A stretch of DNA of 33,624 nt from a virus (lineage: Duplodnaviria > Heunggongvirae > Uroviricota > Caudoviricetes): IMG/VR virus record IMGVR_UViG_2531839474_000013, positions 1 through 33,624 of that record. The stretch is one strand, 5' to 3'. A model generated the notes under the pieces. The model saw only the letters and a list, made by a program, of their open reading frames with translations. It made no database searches and had not been told where the DNA came from. The position numbers were made by a program, and so were the translations under genes. This document shows positions 9,328 through 19,017 of the stretch, one piece after another (positions within the stretch are counted from its first letter, which is position 1; each line of letters opens with the position of its first letter).

Positions 9328-10546
9328 CGTTCTTTTCCTCTTTGCCTTTCGTATCTTTAAAATCATTCAACGGATTTGCTGCATTTACGCTGACCAGCAT
9401 TTCATCCAGACCATCAACCGGGTTCATGTCCTCAAATGCCCTGGCTTCATTCCGGCTCATCCAGCCATCTGTAATGGCAAAGTGATAAAACTGCGCACGC
9501 TCCTGTGGAGTCCCGCGGAGCAATCCTGTAAGGTTGAAACGAACGTAATACCCGGCAGCCCGTTCTGTGCGGGTAAACAGGCGACGGTTAAGCTCCTGCT
9601 CCCAGTTCGCAACCCAGGGCATCATCGTGTAGCGAACAAACTGAATCGCCTGCTGCGTAATATTCGAAAATGTGGCTTTTTCCAGGTCATTAATCATGTG
9701 CGCCGGGACATTAAAAATTCCGGCAATCATCGACCGGTTCAGCTTGGTCATATCAATGATCTGAGCATCCACCGGAGAAACTGTCAGGGCACGGTAATCC
9801 AGTTGCGCAGGCAGCAGCATGGTTTTATTTTCCTGACTGCGAAGCGCTGTCACCGCCCGCTGCCACATATTCTTGAGCCTGCTCCAGCTCTGTTCGTTCA
9901 GTTCATTTTTCACAGAGATAATCCCGGCAGGACGGGCATTACCGTTAAAAAAAGCACTGGTATACTGCTGACCACTCATTCCCATACCAATGGTTTCAGC
10001 ATGCTGCATGATCGGACTCAGTCCCATTTTTTGATTGTTTCCCAGCGCCCTGATATGGATCATGTCGTCCGGACTTACCGCAAATGCCCCCTCTTCGTTA
10101 TACACCCCGTAGGTATGACGCCCACCAGTATTAAGTAACGTGGTTTCCCATGGCATACAGCATTCAAGACTGGTAACCTCGCCACGACGATTACGTTTTA
10201 CCCACGTATAACCATTGCCCCACCCCAGCACATGACGCTGCTTCAGTTCCCGCCACTTATAGCTGGTCTGCCAGGCATTAGGTTCATCATGAACGAGCCA
10301 GAACAACGGATGATCGCGTGCCGGCTGAACATGCTCATTCGTTTTTCGCATCACATGCAGGGGCATCTGAGCCACACTGGATGAAATAACATAAATACAG
10401 GCATAGACAGCAGCCAGCTTCATGGATGTTTCCGGACTGACATACACATCCCGGGCAAAAATATTATCCGTCTCAGCGGCCTCTCCGGTTACCGGAACCG
10501 AGGGATTTTCCAGAGGCTCACTGCGAAACAGAGCATCAAGAAGCAT
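9320..10546 (-). CDS. portal protein, HK97 family
   Basis: 408 aa between terminase large subunit and protease. Confidence 0.9.
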   Translation of the reverse strand: MLLDALFRSEPLENPSVPVTGEAAETDNIFARDVYVSPETSMKLAAVYACIYVISSSVAQMPLHVMRKTNEHVQPARDHPLFWLVHDEPNAWQTSYKWRELKQRHVLGWGNGYTWVKRNRRGEVTSLECCMPWETTLLNTGGRHTYGVYNEEGAFAVSPDDMIHIRALGNNQKMGLSPIMQHAETIGMGMSGQQYTSAFFNGNARPAGIISVKNELNEQSWSRLKNMWQRAVTALRSQENKTMLLPAQLDYRALTVSPVDAQIIDMTKLNRSMIAGIFNVPAHMINDLEKATFSNITQQAIQFVRYTMMPWVANWEQELNRRLFTRTERAAGYYVRFNLTGLLRGTPQERAQFYHFAITDGWMSRNEARAFEDMNPVDGLDEMLVSVNAANPLNDFKDTKGKEEKNDE

Positions 10547-10676
10547 GTTTTCTCCTCATGGACACCACCAGTGCATAAAGCAGCAACAAACAGCCAGACA
10601 GCATCAGAGACGCTGGCAGACCTGCATAAAGATAAACGCCAGCAGTGAGCAAACCGAAACCGATCAGCCCGGTCAT
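10536..10676 (-). CDS. possible small hydrophobic protein (46 aa) between terminase and portal
   Basis: ATG-initiated ORF MTGLIGFGLLTAGVYLYAGLPASLMLSGCLLLLYALVVSMRRKHAS; its stop overlaps the portal start. Ribosome-binding site is weak; too short for the ORF track. Confidence 0.25.
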   Translation of the reverse strand: MTGLIGFGLLTAGVYLYAGLPASLMLSGCLLLLYALVVSMRRKHAS

Positions 10677-10693
10677 ATCAGTAATAAGCTGTT

Positions 10694-12451
10694 TCACAGA
10701 ATTAACAGGTCCTCATCAGGATCAAGCGTGGACAGAAAGTCATTCACGCCCCCACCATTTACCAGAAAGCGGCTCATGGCTGTAAAAAGCGCAACAGGGC
10801 CGTCGATTTTGGCTTCCGGCGTGGATTTATTCGGGAAGATATTGTCGTTTTTGTCCGGTTTTACCGTAACGTTAGACATCATCCAGTTCATGACCGGATG
10901 ATTGCTGTGATGGAAACGCCCGGCATAGACCAGTGATTCCGTTTCCTTCATGGCCTCTGACAGATTGCGGACCGTCTGCGGAACCTCCACCAGCGGTATC
11001 CCTTCTTCAGCCAGTGCCAGGCTGAACTGCATTGCGCTCCACGGGTCAAATCCCAGTTCCCTGAGGTTTTCACCGCCAATCCATTCCAGTAAGTCACTTT
11101 TTATCTGAGCATGATCGATAACATCACCATCCGTCAGGATGAGCTTATCCATCTCCGCCCACTTCCGGTAAAGTTCTGCCTGCTGCCGTGAACACCGTTC
11201 CAGTCGCCCTTCCGGAAGCCAGAATTTAAAATCAGCATGAACATGCCCGTTATCCGTTCGCCAGAGTTTTGCCACCGCACAGATATCAATCTTATGAGCA
11301 AGGTCGACGCCGACCCACATGGGATACGTTTTCAGCTCATGCTGTGGAGCGATGTATTCGCACTTCTCCCACTTAATCATATCCATCCAGGCAGATTCGG
11401 CAGTGACCCACACATTCATGTGTTTGGTAAAAAAATTCACCCGCGCAGAGACCTGTTCCTTCGCTTTTTTCGCCAGACGACGCAGATCATCCCAGCGTTT
11501 ACAGATGCCCAGGCCAGGATTCGCTTTCTGCCAGACCGTTTCATCAAACGGATCATCTCCCTCATCGAGGGTGTAAATAATCGCAAAGTAGGAGTCGTCT
11601 TTTACCGCGCCATCCACGTCGCTGTTATAGCCACGCAATACCTTGATGGCGTAATCGCGTTGCTCGTAACAAATCCCTTCCTTGTTAAAGCCAGCCGTGG
11701 TGATACCAAATAAAAGGGACTGCAGACGGGCACCGGTTGCCGTTTCCAGAACGTCCCACACGTCGCGGGTTTTATGTGCATGCAGCTCATCAATAATGGC
11801 GCAGTGGATGTTCAGACCGTCCAGGTTGTTTGCATCCGAGGAAAGCGGTTCAAATTTTGATGCGCTCTGCTCCTGGTAAATCGCCAGCTTGTTGAAATCA
11901 AACAACCGCCCGAGTGTCGACCGGGCTTTTCTGACCATATTTTTGGCGTCTTCAAACACGATTCTGGCCTGGTCACGCGTGGTTGCGGCTGAATACACCT
12001 CAGCCCCGCCTTCACCATCTGCCCCCGTCATATACAGACCGATACCCGATGACAGGGTTGATTTTGCGTTTTTACGGGCAACTTCGTTGTATGCTGTCCG
12101 GAACCGGCGCACCATCACCGGGCGCCCGCTGCCATCGCTGCGCATGACAACTTCCCCGGTCTCTTCATTGACCAGCGGAATGACAAAACCAAAAATATTA
12201 ATGAGGATAAATACATGCCAGTCCATCAACTCAATAGGCTGGCCTGCCAGCGCCCCTTTTACATGAGGCACAAATTTGTAGAAATTCAGGATGTGCTGCG
12301 CACGGGGTTCACTGAAATAAATCCCCCGCTCTTCGCCGTACTTCAGGTCATCAAGAAAACGCTGGCAGGCCAGGCGGACAAATTCGCCAGCAACAATTTC
12401 TCCTGCAACAACACGTTCGGCGTAGCGGATCCCGTCAGCCACTTTTGCCAT
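10694..12451 (-). CDS. terminase large subunit
   Basis: 585 aa in the canonical position upstream of portal; start overlaps the small-subunit stop. Confidence 0.95.
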   Translation of the reverse strand: MAKVADGIRYAERVVAGEIVAGEFVRLACQRFLDDLKYGEERGIYFSEPRAQHILNFYKFVPHVKGALAGQPIELMDWHVFILINIFGFVIPLVNEETGEVVMRSDGSGRPVMVRRFRTAYNEVARKNAKSTLSSGIGLYMTGADGEGGAEVYSAATTRDQARIVFEDAKNMVRKARSTLGRLFDFNKLAIYQEQSASKFEPLSSDANNLDGLNIHCAIIDELHAHKTRDVWDVLETATGARLQSLLFGITTAGFNKEGICYEQRDYAIKVLRGYNSDVDGAVKDDSYFAIIYTLDEGDDPFDETVWQKANPGLGICKRWDDLRRLAKKAKEQVSARVNFFTKHMNVWVTAESAWMDMIKWEKCEYIAPQHELKTYPMWVGVDLAHKIDICAVAKLWRTDNGHVHADFKFWLPEGRLERCSRQQAELYRKWAEMDKLILTDGDVIDHAQIKSDLLEWIGGENLRELGFDPWSAMQFSLALAEEGIPLVEVPQTVRNLSEAMKETESLVYAGRFHHSNHPVMNWMMSNVTVKPDKNDNIFPNKSTPEAKIDGPVALFTAMSRFLVNGGGVNDFLSTLDPDEDLLIL

Positions 12452-12933
12452 CAGTCTCTCGCTTTTAAAAGCTCCGCCAGCGGATCAACATCATCCGGTC
12501 CGGCAATATTTACTTTGGCCCGGCTTGCCGGTGACATACCAAACTCTGCAAGCATCGCCCGGATCCGCTTCCAGGCATCCGCCTTCATCGCAGCAGCCGG
12601 GTGTGCCTTAATCAGCACATCACCGTTCTGCGTTTCCGTGCGGTAGGTATAACCCTCAGCATCAAGTGTTTCGCAGTGATGCCGGTATTCGGTGTAGGCT
12701 TCCACCAGTAACTCGAGTGCACGCGCATCAAGCTGAGAAATGATCCCTTCCGCATTCAGTTCTTCCGCCATTCGCCTGAACCAGTACTTCCCCTGCGACC
12801 CTAAATGTTGCGGAATTTTAGGGAGACCTTTTTCATCCTTTTTAGCGGTTTTTTTGGGGTCTTTAACGGGGCGCTTTGAGGGGTTGCCTCGTATCAAATG
12901 CAGGCGTGGCGGGGTTTTCGGGGGTCCGGACAT
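12451..12933 (-). CDS. terminase small subunit (P27-family-like)
   Basis: 160 aa with a basic, Lys/Pro-rich N-terminus, directly upstream of the large subunit. Confidence 0.85.
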   Translation of the reverse strand: MSGPPKTPPRLHLIRGNPSKRPVKDPKKTAKKDEKGLPKIPQHLGSQGKYWFRRMAEELNAEGIISQLDARALELLVEAYTEYRHHCETLDAEGYTYRTETQNGDVLIKAHPAAAMKADAWKRIRAMLAEFGMSPASRAKVNIAGPDDVDPLAELLKARD

Positions 12934-13080
12934 AATCGGTTTTACCTATCAATCATTTAATCACATTCCAAAAAAAAGTTTTCGAACCTGCGGCGATGCG
13001 AGGAAGGGTCAGGCGGCGGTACTGAGCAGCCAGAGTTGCAGAGATTTGACCCGCCCCTCCCCTACAGATGGGAACTGTTA

Positions 13081-13431
13081 TCAATTGATGCGTTCGCGCG
13101 CTGTTTTTGCTTTATGACAGGGCCAGCACAGACTCTGCAGGTTACTGTCTGCATCCGTGCCACCATGAGCTTTCGGAATGATGTGGTCCACAGTTCTGGC
13201 TTCAACGGCTCTCCCATTGCGCAGGCAGTTCTGACACAGATGATTATCACGCTTCAGTATGCGCGCACGTATGGCATCCCATTTCGAGCCATAGCCTCGC
13301 TGGTGGCGACTCAGTCCGCGCTGATGCTGTGCCCATCCTTCGCCACGATGTTTATCGCAGTAACCAGAACTGTCTGTGGTTGTAGCTGCACATCCACGCT
13401 TACGGCAGGCGCGTGGGATTAGTGATGGCAT
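13081..13431 (-). CDS. HNH endonuclease (terminase-associated)
   Basis: CQNC...DHIIPKAHGG...N...CWPCH motif; lies immediately upstream of the terminase genes as in HK97-like phages. Confidence 0.85.
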   Translation of the reverse strand: MPSLIPRACRKRGCAATTTDSSGYCDKHRGEGWAQHQRGLSRHQRGYGSKWDAIRARILKRDNHLCQNCLRNGRAVEARTVDHIIPKAHGGTDADSNLQSLCWPCHKAKTARERIN

Positions 13432-13473
13432 AAATACCTCATACCCTGCGAAATGTTTACCACGATAAAAAGG

Positions 13474-13941
13474 CTACTTAATGCACTGAGTGCGGATATA
13501 CTCCTGTGCCCCTTCCAGTTGCATCTGCATCGTCATCAGCCGCTCTCTGAGGGTGAAATAATCCCGTTCAGCGGTGTCTGCCAGTCGGGGGCTGGTTGCA
13601 TTATCCACGCTGGTGGGTCCGGTGGCTTCACGCACGGCTGCGGAGCAACTGGCATTGACCCGCAGGCGCTTACGACCAGCGGCAACATCAGCGCGCAGAG
13701 TTTCATTTTCAGCTTTCGCATTAGCTAATTCTCTCGAGTACTTTGCATCGAGCGCAGCAACATCACGCTGACGCTGCTGCATGTCAGCGATGGTGGCAAT
13801 CACCTGCTTCAGCTCACCGACTTTTTTATCACGCTGTTCTTTGTAGGCGATGGCGTGATCACGGTAATGATTAACCGCCCATGACAGGCAGACGATGATG
13901 CAGATAACCAGAGCGGAGATAATCGCGGTTACTCTGCTCAT
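13474..13941 (-). CDS. Rz: i-spanin Rz
   Basis: [28 protein letters not shown]... is near-identical to lambda Rz. Confidence 0.9.
   Translation of the reverse strand: MSRVTAIISALVICIIVCLSWAVNHYRDHAIAYKEQRDKKVGELKQVIATIADMQQRQRDVAALDAKYSRELANAKAENETLRADVAAGRKRLRVNASCSAAVREATGPTSVDNATSPRLADTAERDYFTLRERLMTMQMQLEGAQEYIRTQCIK
13536..13721 (-). CDS. Rz1: o-spanin Rz1 lipoprotein, embedded in the +1 frame of Rz
   Basis: [33 protein letters not shown]: signal peptide, lipobox and proline-rich segment, lambda Rz1-like. Confidence 0.85.
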   Translation of the reverse strand: MRKLKMKLCALMLPLVVSACGSMPVAPQPCVKPPDPPAWIMQPAPDWQTPLNGIISPSESG

Positions 13942-14414
13942 ACCTCAATCTCTCTGACCGTTCCGCCTGCTTCTTTGAATTTTGCAATCAGGCTGCCAAC
14001 TTTATGCTCGAACTGACCATAACCAGCGCCCGGCAGTGAAGCCCAGATATTGCTGCAACGGTCGATAGCCTGACGAATATCACCGCGATCAATCATTGGT
14101 AAAGCGCCACGCTCTTTAATCTGCTGCAGTGCAACAGCGTCCTGGCTTTTCGGAGAGAAGTCTTTCAGGCCAAGCTGCTTGCGGTAGGCATCCCACCAAC
14201 GGGAAAGAAGCTGGTAACGTCCAGCTGCGGTTGATTTAAGTTGCGGGTTTAGCGTGACAAGTTTGCGAGGATGATCGGAGTAATCCGTGAATAGCTCACC
14301 ACCTACAATAACGTCGTAGCCGTGATTGCGGGTTGGCTGTCGCCCGTTATCCGTTCCTTCTGACCACGCCAACATATCGAGGAAAGCTTTACGCTGGGAA
14401 TTTAGTACCTGCAT
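13938..14414 (-). CDS. R: endolysin, lambda R-type lytic transglycosylase
   Basis: 158 aa; [22 protein letters not shown]...[18 protein letters not shown] is near-identical to lambda R. Confidence 0.95.
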   Translation of the reverse strand: MQVLNSQRKAFLDMLAWSEGTDNGRQPTRNHGYDVIVGGELFTDYSDHPRKLVTLNPQLKSTAAGRYQLLSRWWDAYRKQLGLKDFSPKSQDAVALQQIKERGALPMIDRGDIRQAIDRCSNIWASLPGAGYGQFEHKVGSLIAKFKEAGGTVREIEV

Positions 14415-14417
14415 AAA

Positions 14418-14753
14418 TTACTCCTTAGAGCCACCAAACTTGTTACCGATTACTCGCATTGCAGCCCCACGAATAGCATCGACACCGATCAGCCCCACGC
14501 CGCCACCAATAGCAACAGAAAGTGATTTAGGCCATCCGACATACTCAAGAGCGGATGCAAAGGTCAGCGTCAGAGCGCCACAGAGCAAAATCTCGAGCGT
14601 TTTTCGCTTCCAGCCACCACCACCGCCAAAATAGGCGATGCGCAAACCAGCCATAACGATCGACATAATCACTGCACCCAGCGGTGTGTCTCCACGCCAC
14701 CAGCTCTGAAACAACTCCAGCCAGTCCGGCCAGGTATTTGGGTTATGAGGCAT
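14418..14753 (-). CDS. holin (lambda S-family-like, three predicted TM segments)
   Basis: Start placed at internal ATG 14753 (GAGGTGAGAG upstream), giving 111 aa with hydrophobic segments and a charged C-terminus, directly upstream of the endolysin. Confidence 0.8.
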   Translation of the reverse strand: MPHNPNTWPDWLELFQSWWRGDTPLGAVIMSIVMAGLRIAYFGGGGGWKRKTLEILLCGALTLTFASALEYVGWPKSLSVAIGGGVGLIGVDAIRGAAMRVIGNKFGGSKE

Positions 14754-14829
14754 TTCGTCATCTCTCACCTCGCGATATTTGCGGGTGCTGTGTTGGAAAT
14801 AAAAAGGCCACGCAACGTGGCCACCAGAA

Positions 14830-15882
14830 TTATTTCCCCACCAGTTCACTTACCTCTTTCGCCGTCTGATTAAACCGCTCTGACTCAAGTTCAACACCTA
14901 ACGCCCGACGCCCCAGCGCCATTGCTGCTTTTATTGTGGAACCGGATCCCATAAAGAAATCAGCAACCAGATCACCAGGTCGACTACTGGCATTGATTAT
15001 TTGCCGGAGCATATCCGCCGGTTTCTCGCACGGATGTTTACCCGGGTAGAACTGAACGGGCTTATGCGTCCAGACATCGGTATAAGGCACGGAGACTGAT
15101 ACGGAGAAATAGCGCCGGAGAGATTTAAACTCATCCAGCAATTCAGAATATTTGCGATTCAGTGAATCATAAGATGCCACCAGCTGGTGGTGTGGTTGTT
15201 CCAGTTGTTGTTCCTGAAACTTCTCTGCCGCTATACGGGAAAACAGTGCCTGTAACTTCCGATAGTCAGCCTCATTCGGCAACTGCCACTGACTGGCACC
15301 AAACCAGTGGGAAACCATATTTTTCTTACCTGTGGCTTCGGCAATTTGTTTTGCCGTTATACCCAGTTCGGCACGAGCATCCCTGAAATACGATATCAGC
15401 GGTGCCATTATGTGCTGTTTGAGTTCCCTTTCTTTTGCCGCATAGCCGTCACTTTTGGGCTGATATGGTCCCTGATAATGTTCAGCAAACAGAATGCGTT
15501 CTGTTGCCGGGAAATACGCCCGCAGGCTTTCCTTGTTACACCCGTTCCAGCGCCCGGACGGTTTCGCCCAGATAATGTGATTCAGCACATTAAAGCGTTC
15601 ACGCATCATGATTTCGGTGTCAGATGCCAGGCGATGACCACAGAACAGGTAGAGACTTCCGGCAGGTTTCAGTACCCGCCAGAATTGCGCCAGACACTGA
15701 TCCAGCCATTTCAGGTAATCATCGTCGCCCTTCCACTGGTTATCCCAGCCCTCGGGCTTCACTTTAAAGTATGGCGGGTCTGTGACTATCAGATCGACAG
15801 AGTTTTCCGGTAAGGTCTGGATAAATTCCAGGCAATCAGCGTTGATTAACTCACAACTGGATATTTTTACAGTATTAACCAT
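14830..15882 (-). CDS. DNA N6-adenine/N4-cytosine methyltransferase, beta class, orphan
   Basis: N-terminal DPPY motif (VTDPPYF) and C-terminal FxGxG motif (FFMGSGST); no adjacent restriction endonuclease gene. Confidence 0.85.
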   Translation of the reverse strand: MVNTVKISSCELINADCLEFIQTLPENSVDLIVTDPPYFKVKPEGWDNQWKGDDDYLKWLDQCLAQFWRVLKPAGSLYLFCGHRLASDTEIMMRERFNVLNHIIWAKPSGRWNGCNKESLRAYFPATERILFAEHYQGPYQPKSDGYAAKERELKQHIMAPLISYFRDARAELGITAKQIAEATGKKNMVSHWFGASQWQLPNEADYRKLQALFSRIAAEKFQEQQLEQPHHQLVASYDSLNRKYSELLDEFKSLRRYFSVSVSVPYTDVWTHKPVQFYPGKHPCEKPADMLRQIINASSRPGDLVADFFMGSGSTIKAAMALGRRALGVELESERFNQTAKEVSELVGK

Positions 15883-16021
15883 AGATCAATAAGCACTTCT
15901 CTGATAGGCTCATACCGCTTTTGCGCAAAGCAGATGGGCCAGAGGTTTGCTTGTGACCCCAACGCATGAGCAGATGGCTGATAGGTGCCGCTAACACCCA
16001 CCAGCCGCCCATTACCACAAA

Positions 16022-16047
16022 TTAAAAAGCCTTCACTGCGGAAGGCG
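16022..16047 (-). terminator. terminator-like hairpin overlapping the stop of the small late gene
   Basis: Minus strand GCCTTCCGCAGTGAAGGC followed by TTTTTAATTT. Confidence 0.4.
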
Positions 16048-16230
16048 TCTGTAACAACCGAACTGATAATCTGCCAGACCCGCCATAACAAGCTGGGTCA
16101 GTATTAACTGGCAGCGTTCGCGTGAAAGGTAAGTATTCTGCGCAATTTCCCCGACGGTCGCCGGTTCGGTGACGCTTAATTCATTAAACACCACTCTGGC
16201 GGTTTCGGTCATATCCTGCTGTTTTAGCAT
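16033..16230 (-). CDS. hypothetical small protein (65 aa) between the Q-like gene and the methyltransferase
   Basis: Start placed at ATG 16230 (AAGGGA upstream); the track's longer ORF begins inside the terminator T-run. Confidence 0.4.
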   Translation of the reverse strand: MLKQQDMTETARVVFNELSVTEPATVGEIAQNTYLSRERCQLILTQLVMAGLADYQFGCYRRLPQ

Positions 16231-16353
16231 GTCTTTTTCCCTTTTCCGGTTAACGTGACATACCAATAACTCTTGTCGAAAAAGCCAGCAAGCTGAAAGA
16301 CCGGTATTCGCAACCATCAGCGCGTTTAACGTCCTGTACCGTTTTTCAGGCAT

Positions 16354-16381
16354 AAAAAAACCCGCAAAAAGCGGGCTCTTT
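16354..16381 (-). terminator. intrinsic terminator downstream of the Q-like gene (tR'-like position)
   Basis: Minus strand GCCCGCTTTTTGCGGGT followed by TTTTTTT, about 75 nt downstream of the Q-like stop. Confidence 0.6.
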
Positions 16382-16454
16382 CAAATGTCCATGTCTGCTA
16401 TTCGCCTCGCGGTACAGCTTTGCGAAGCGTACCGGAATTGAAGCAGTTTTTACG

Positions 16455-17021
16455 TCAAAAAGCAATAACTTTTTTCTCTATACCAAAAGCCATAACCATT
16501 GGTTTGTACAAAATAAATTCTGCCACCTTTAGCCAATGCTCAATGCGTCTTTCACAGGTTCTTAAACTCCATTCCGGATGTGCATCATTCAGCAGTTCAG
16601 CCATTTTGCGCTTAGTCATCCCCCGCTCCACATAACGCTGACTCAGAACATTGAGCAGCCCGGGATAACCTGCCAGTACTTCACCAATAACCCTGTCGAT
16701 TATTAACGCCTCTGAATCGGTACAATGTGCCAGCCAGCTTTTTTGATTGCCGTTGATCATATCCCGCAAAAAAGCCTCAAGTTCAGGTTTGTCCAGACCC
16801 GCTTTTTTCATCCTCCGGAGCGCCTCGTTAATTGCCGTTTTTGTCAGCTTTTTAGAGGTCAGTAATTGGTTGAACATATTTCCCGTCTTACCGTCGCCAA
16901 TATACGACCAACGCCCCCACATACGCAGTTTCCCCTGGATCCAGACACTTTCCAGCGTTTTCAGGCGTAAATGCTCACCGCTTTTGCCTGTAATTTCCGG
17001 GTATATCATATTTATGCTCAC
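16455..17021 (-). CDS. putative late-gene regulator (Q-like antiterminator, assigned by position only)
   Basis: 188 aa; lies between rusA and the late terminator/lysis genes, where lambdoid phages carry Q. I could not confirm the family by sequence. Confidence 0.45.
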   Translation of the reverse strand: MSINMIYPEITGKSGEHLRLKTLESVWIQGKLRMWGRWSYIGDGKTGNMFNQLLTSKKLTKTAINEALRRMKKAGLDKPELEAFLRDMINGNQKSWLAHCTDSEALIIDRVIGEVLAGYPGLLNVLSQRYVERGMTKRKMAELLNDAHPEWSLRTCERRIEHWLKVAEFILYKPMVMAFGIEKKVIAF

Positions 17022-17383
17022 TCACTTTCAATTTTGTAAATCTTCACGCCCAGCCGCCCACCAGAAACGAGCTGACCGCGCACAATATTGATTTCATCAA
17101 ACTGCTCGTCGTCTATAAGTAGTCCGGCATGCGTAAGCGCATCCAGTGGTGCCTTCAGGATATTGTCCAGGTCGCGGCGGCGCTTATCCGGTGGCTCTGC
17201 AATAATCTTTATCGCCAGCCTTCCGGACAGGTTTAATTTCAGCCGCTGCTGGCGAACAATAAGTGCCACATCCCGGCGATAACGCTCACCGGCTTTTGAC
17301 ACAAAATATGTGCTGCCACGACGTCGCCAGTAGGTGTTCACCGTCGGCGGGTAAGGCAAAACAAATTCTATGCGTTCAGTCAT
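17018..17383 (-). CDS. rusA: Holliday junction resolvase RusA
   Basis: 121 aa; PPTVNTYWRRRGSTYFVSKAG...RRRDLDN...GGRLGVKIYKI matches the RusA family. Confidence 0.9.
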   Translation of the reverse strand: MTERIEFVLPYPPTVNTYWRRRGSTYFVSKAGERYRRDVALIVRQQRLKLNLSGRLAIKIIAEPPDKRRRDLDNILKAPLDALTHAGLLIDDEQFDEINIVRGQLVSGGRLGVKIYKIESE

Positions 17384-18439
17384 TCATGCTTTCCACTTCA
17401 GGACACCCGAATTTCTCGCGTGCATTAAAAAACGAATCAGCAACAACAGCTGGCTGCCGTGTTTTTCTTCAAAATCTTTTACCCCGGCGTGCAGTTCGTT
17501 ATGACATTTACGGCACAGCGGAATAACAAACAAATCATCAGCCTTTGTTCCCATCCCTCCCAGTCCATGACCAATGATGTGATGCGGATCATCTGCCTGA
17601 TTACCGCACGTCATGCATTTCTGCGTTTTTACCCAGCGCGTGTATACAGGCATCTCTTCCCGTTGTGGTTTCTGGCGCTGGAGATACTGAGCCGGTGACT
17701 CCGGATCAACGGCAATGCTGACCACCGTCTTTTCCTGTGGCGGGTTTTGCTGGTGGGCGTGAGGCAGCAGCGCAAGATTTTTTGTGCGCTGCTTCAGTAT
17801 GCTGGTGGCGGTCTGCTCTCCCGGTACGATGTCGCTTTCGCGGTACACCGAGCGGATTTTTTCCGCACGCAATCCCAGAGAACGACGTAATACTGCCTCC
17901 GGCAATACGTCCGCTACCTGATTGCAGACCGCCCACCAGGATAATTCAGCCAGCGATAACTCCCGCTCCTGTGTGCCATTCATTGCGTGACGGATGACGT
18001 CAATCATCCATGCTGCCAGGTTTTGTTGAGCCAGATGTTCCAGTGAGTCGGAGGTCTGGTCGCGCAGCTGGTTGTCGCAGTGCCAGCACAACACCATCGC
18101 GCCAGCACCGTAACGATGTATGACGGTTTCGCTGTGGTGATAGTCGCCATGAGGCCACTGGCAGGATTTGACATGACGCAACAGCCAGTCAGAAAGTGCA
18201 CCAGCGCCGCCAGCAGCACGAATCACCCGTTCGTTACTGAAAAACGGCAGCAATGTTTTGTCTTCCGCCAGCGGCTGGCGAATGGCAGGAACGACTCCGG
18301 ACGGCAGACCGCGCATGCTTTTCGGTTCCGGCTCCACCAGCACTCGAGGGTTATGAAATACCTGCATGGATTCACGACCAGGCTTAAGGACCACCAGCCC
18401 GAGTTCCGGTACCGGAACAGGTCGAAGTAATACCCGCAC
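17384..18439 (-). CDS. DUF968-family phage protein (YdfU-like) with C-terminal HNH-like Cys/His motif
   Basis: 351 aa; C-terminal CMTCGN...HHIIGHGLGG...CRKCHNELH; GTG start with GGAGGT upstream; nin-region position next to rusA. Confidence 0.7.
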   Translation of the reverse strand: MRVLLRPVPVPELGLVVLKPGRESMQVFHNPRVLVEPEPKSMRGLPSGVVPAIRQPLAEDKTLLPFFSNERVIRAAGGAGALSDWLLRHVKSCQWPHGDYHHSETVIHRYGAGAMVLCWHCDNQLRDQTSDSLEHLAQQNLAAWMIDVIRHAMNGTQERELSLAELSWWAVCNQVADVLPEAVLRRSLGLRAEKIRSVYRESDIVPGEQTATSILKQRTKNLALLPHAHQQNPPQEKTVVSIAVDPESPAQYLQRQKPQREEMPVYTRWVKTQKCMTCGNQADDPHHIIGHGLGGMGTKADDLFVIPLCRKCHNELHAGVKDFEEKHGSQLLLLIRFLMHARNSGVLKWKA

Positions 18440-18440
18440 G

Positions 18441-18740
18441 TTACCTCCAGATGCGTTGCTGGAATGTGCGGGACGGACGCGGCGGACGTTCGGAATAAGG
18501 GAGCCTGACGGAGATTATCCAGTGGCGACGGTCAAGGCTGAGGTCTTTCTCAAACTCATACCCACGTCTGCGGTAGTTCTGAATCAGCCATTCGGCCTGT
18601 TCTTCAGTGCAGGGGTCATGCTGGAACCAGTCATATTTGAATGTGTGAGAACGCCGCCCGTGCCTGCTGGCAAAGACGGCTGAATTATCAGAATTGTGTA
18701 ATTTGGTCTTGTGCGCCATCTGTTTTCTCTGCTGGCGCAT
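18441..18740 (-). CDS. hypothetical nin-region protein
   Basis: 99-aa basic protein; stop is 2 nt from the DUF968 start; start codon uncertain (ATG 18740 or 18719). Confidence 0.45.
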   Translation of the reverse strand: MRQQRKQMAHKTKLHNSDNSAVFASRHGRRSHTFKYDWFQHDPCTEEQAEWLIQNYRRRGYEFEKDLSLDRRHWIISVRLPYSERPPRPSRTFQQRIWR

Positions 18741-18804
18741 CTTTGTCAGGTAAAATGGTGTTCAGCCATTTTGGGTGGCATTATTGTTGATACATACAAC
18801 TTGT

Positions 18805-19017
18805 TCAAGTCCGCATAAACTGATACACGATCTCCCTGAGCACTGTTTTCGATACAATTCGCTCATCAGCCCGCAAAGCTCTTACCCTAAGCATGTTCCC
18901 TTTTCGATGCCATACAGCTCTGGCTCCATCCGGAAAACAATCCATTTCAGCTACAACCGACATATCGTCACAACGAATAACTGCGTACTTACAATTCGCG
19001 GCGATCAACTTCTGCAT
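18805..19017 (-). CDS. hypothetical small protein
   Basis: 70 aa; ATG with AGAGG 8-9 nt upstream. Confidence 0.4.
   Translation of the reverse strand: MQKLIAANCKYAVIRCDDMSVVAEMDCFPDGARAVWHRKGNMLRVRALRADERIVSKTVLREIVYQFMRT

Noticed and set aside
9482-10138. 218-aa plus-strand ORF
   Set aside because: Lies entirely antisense within the portal gene; shadow ORF.
14754-14849. N-terminal extension of the holin ORF (track start at 14849)
   Set aside because: The extension overlaps the 3' end of the methyltransferase gene and has no ribosome-binding site; the internal ATG at 14753 has a strong one and gives a typical 111-aa holin.
15307-15813. 168-aa plus-strand ORF
   Set aside because: Antisense to the methyltransferase gene, which has clear catalytic motifs.
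16231-16353. Long form of the small late ORF
   Set aside because: Its first codon sits inside the T-run of the terminator after the Q-like gene; the internal ATG at 16230 has a ribosome-binding site.
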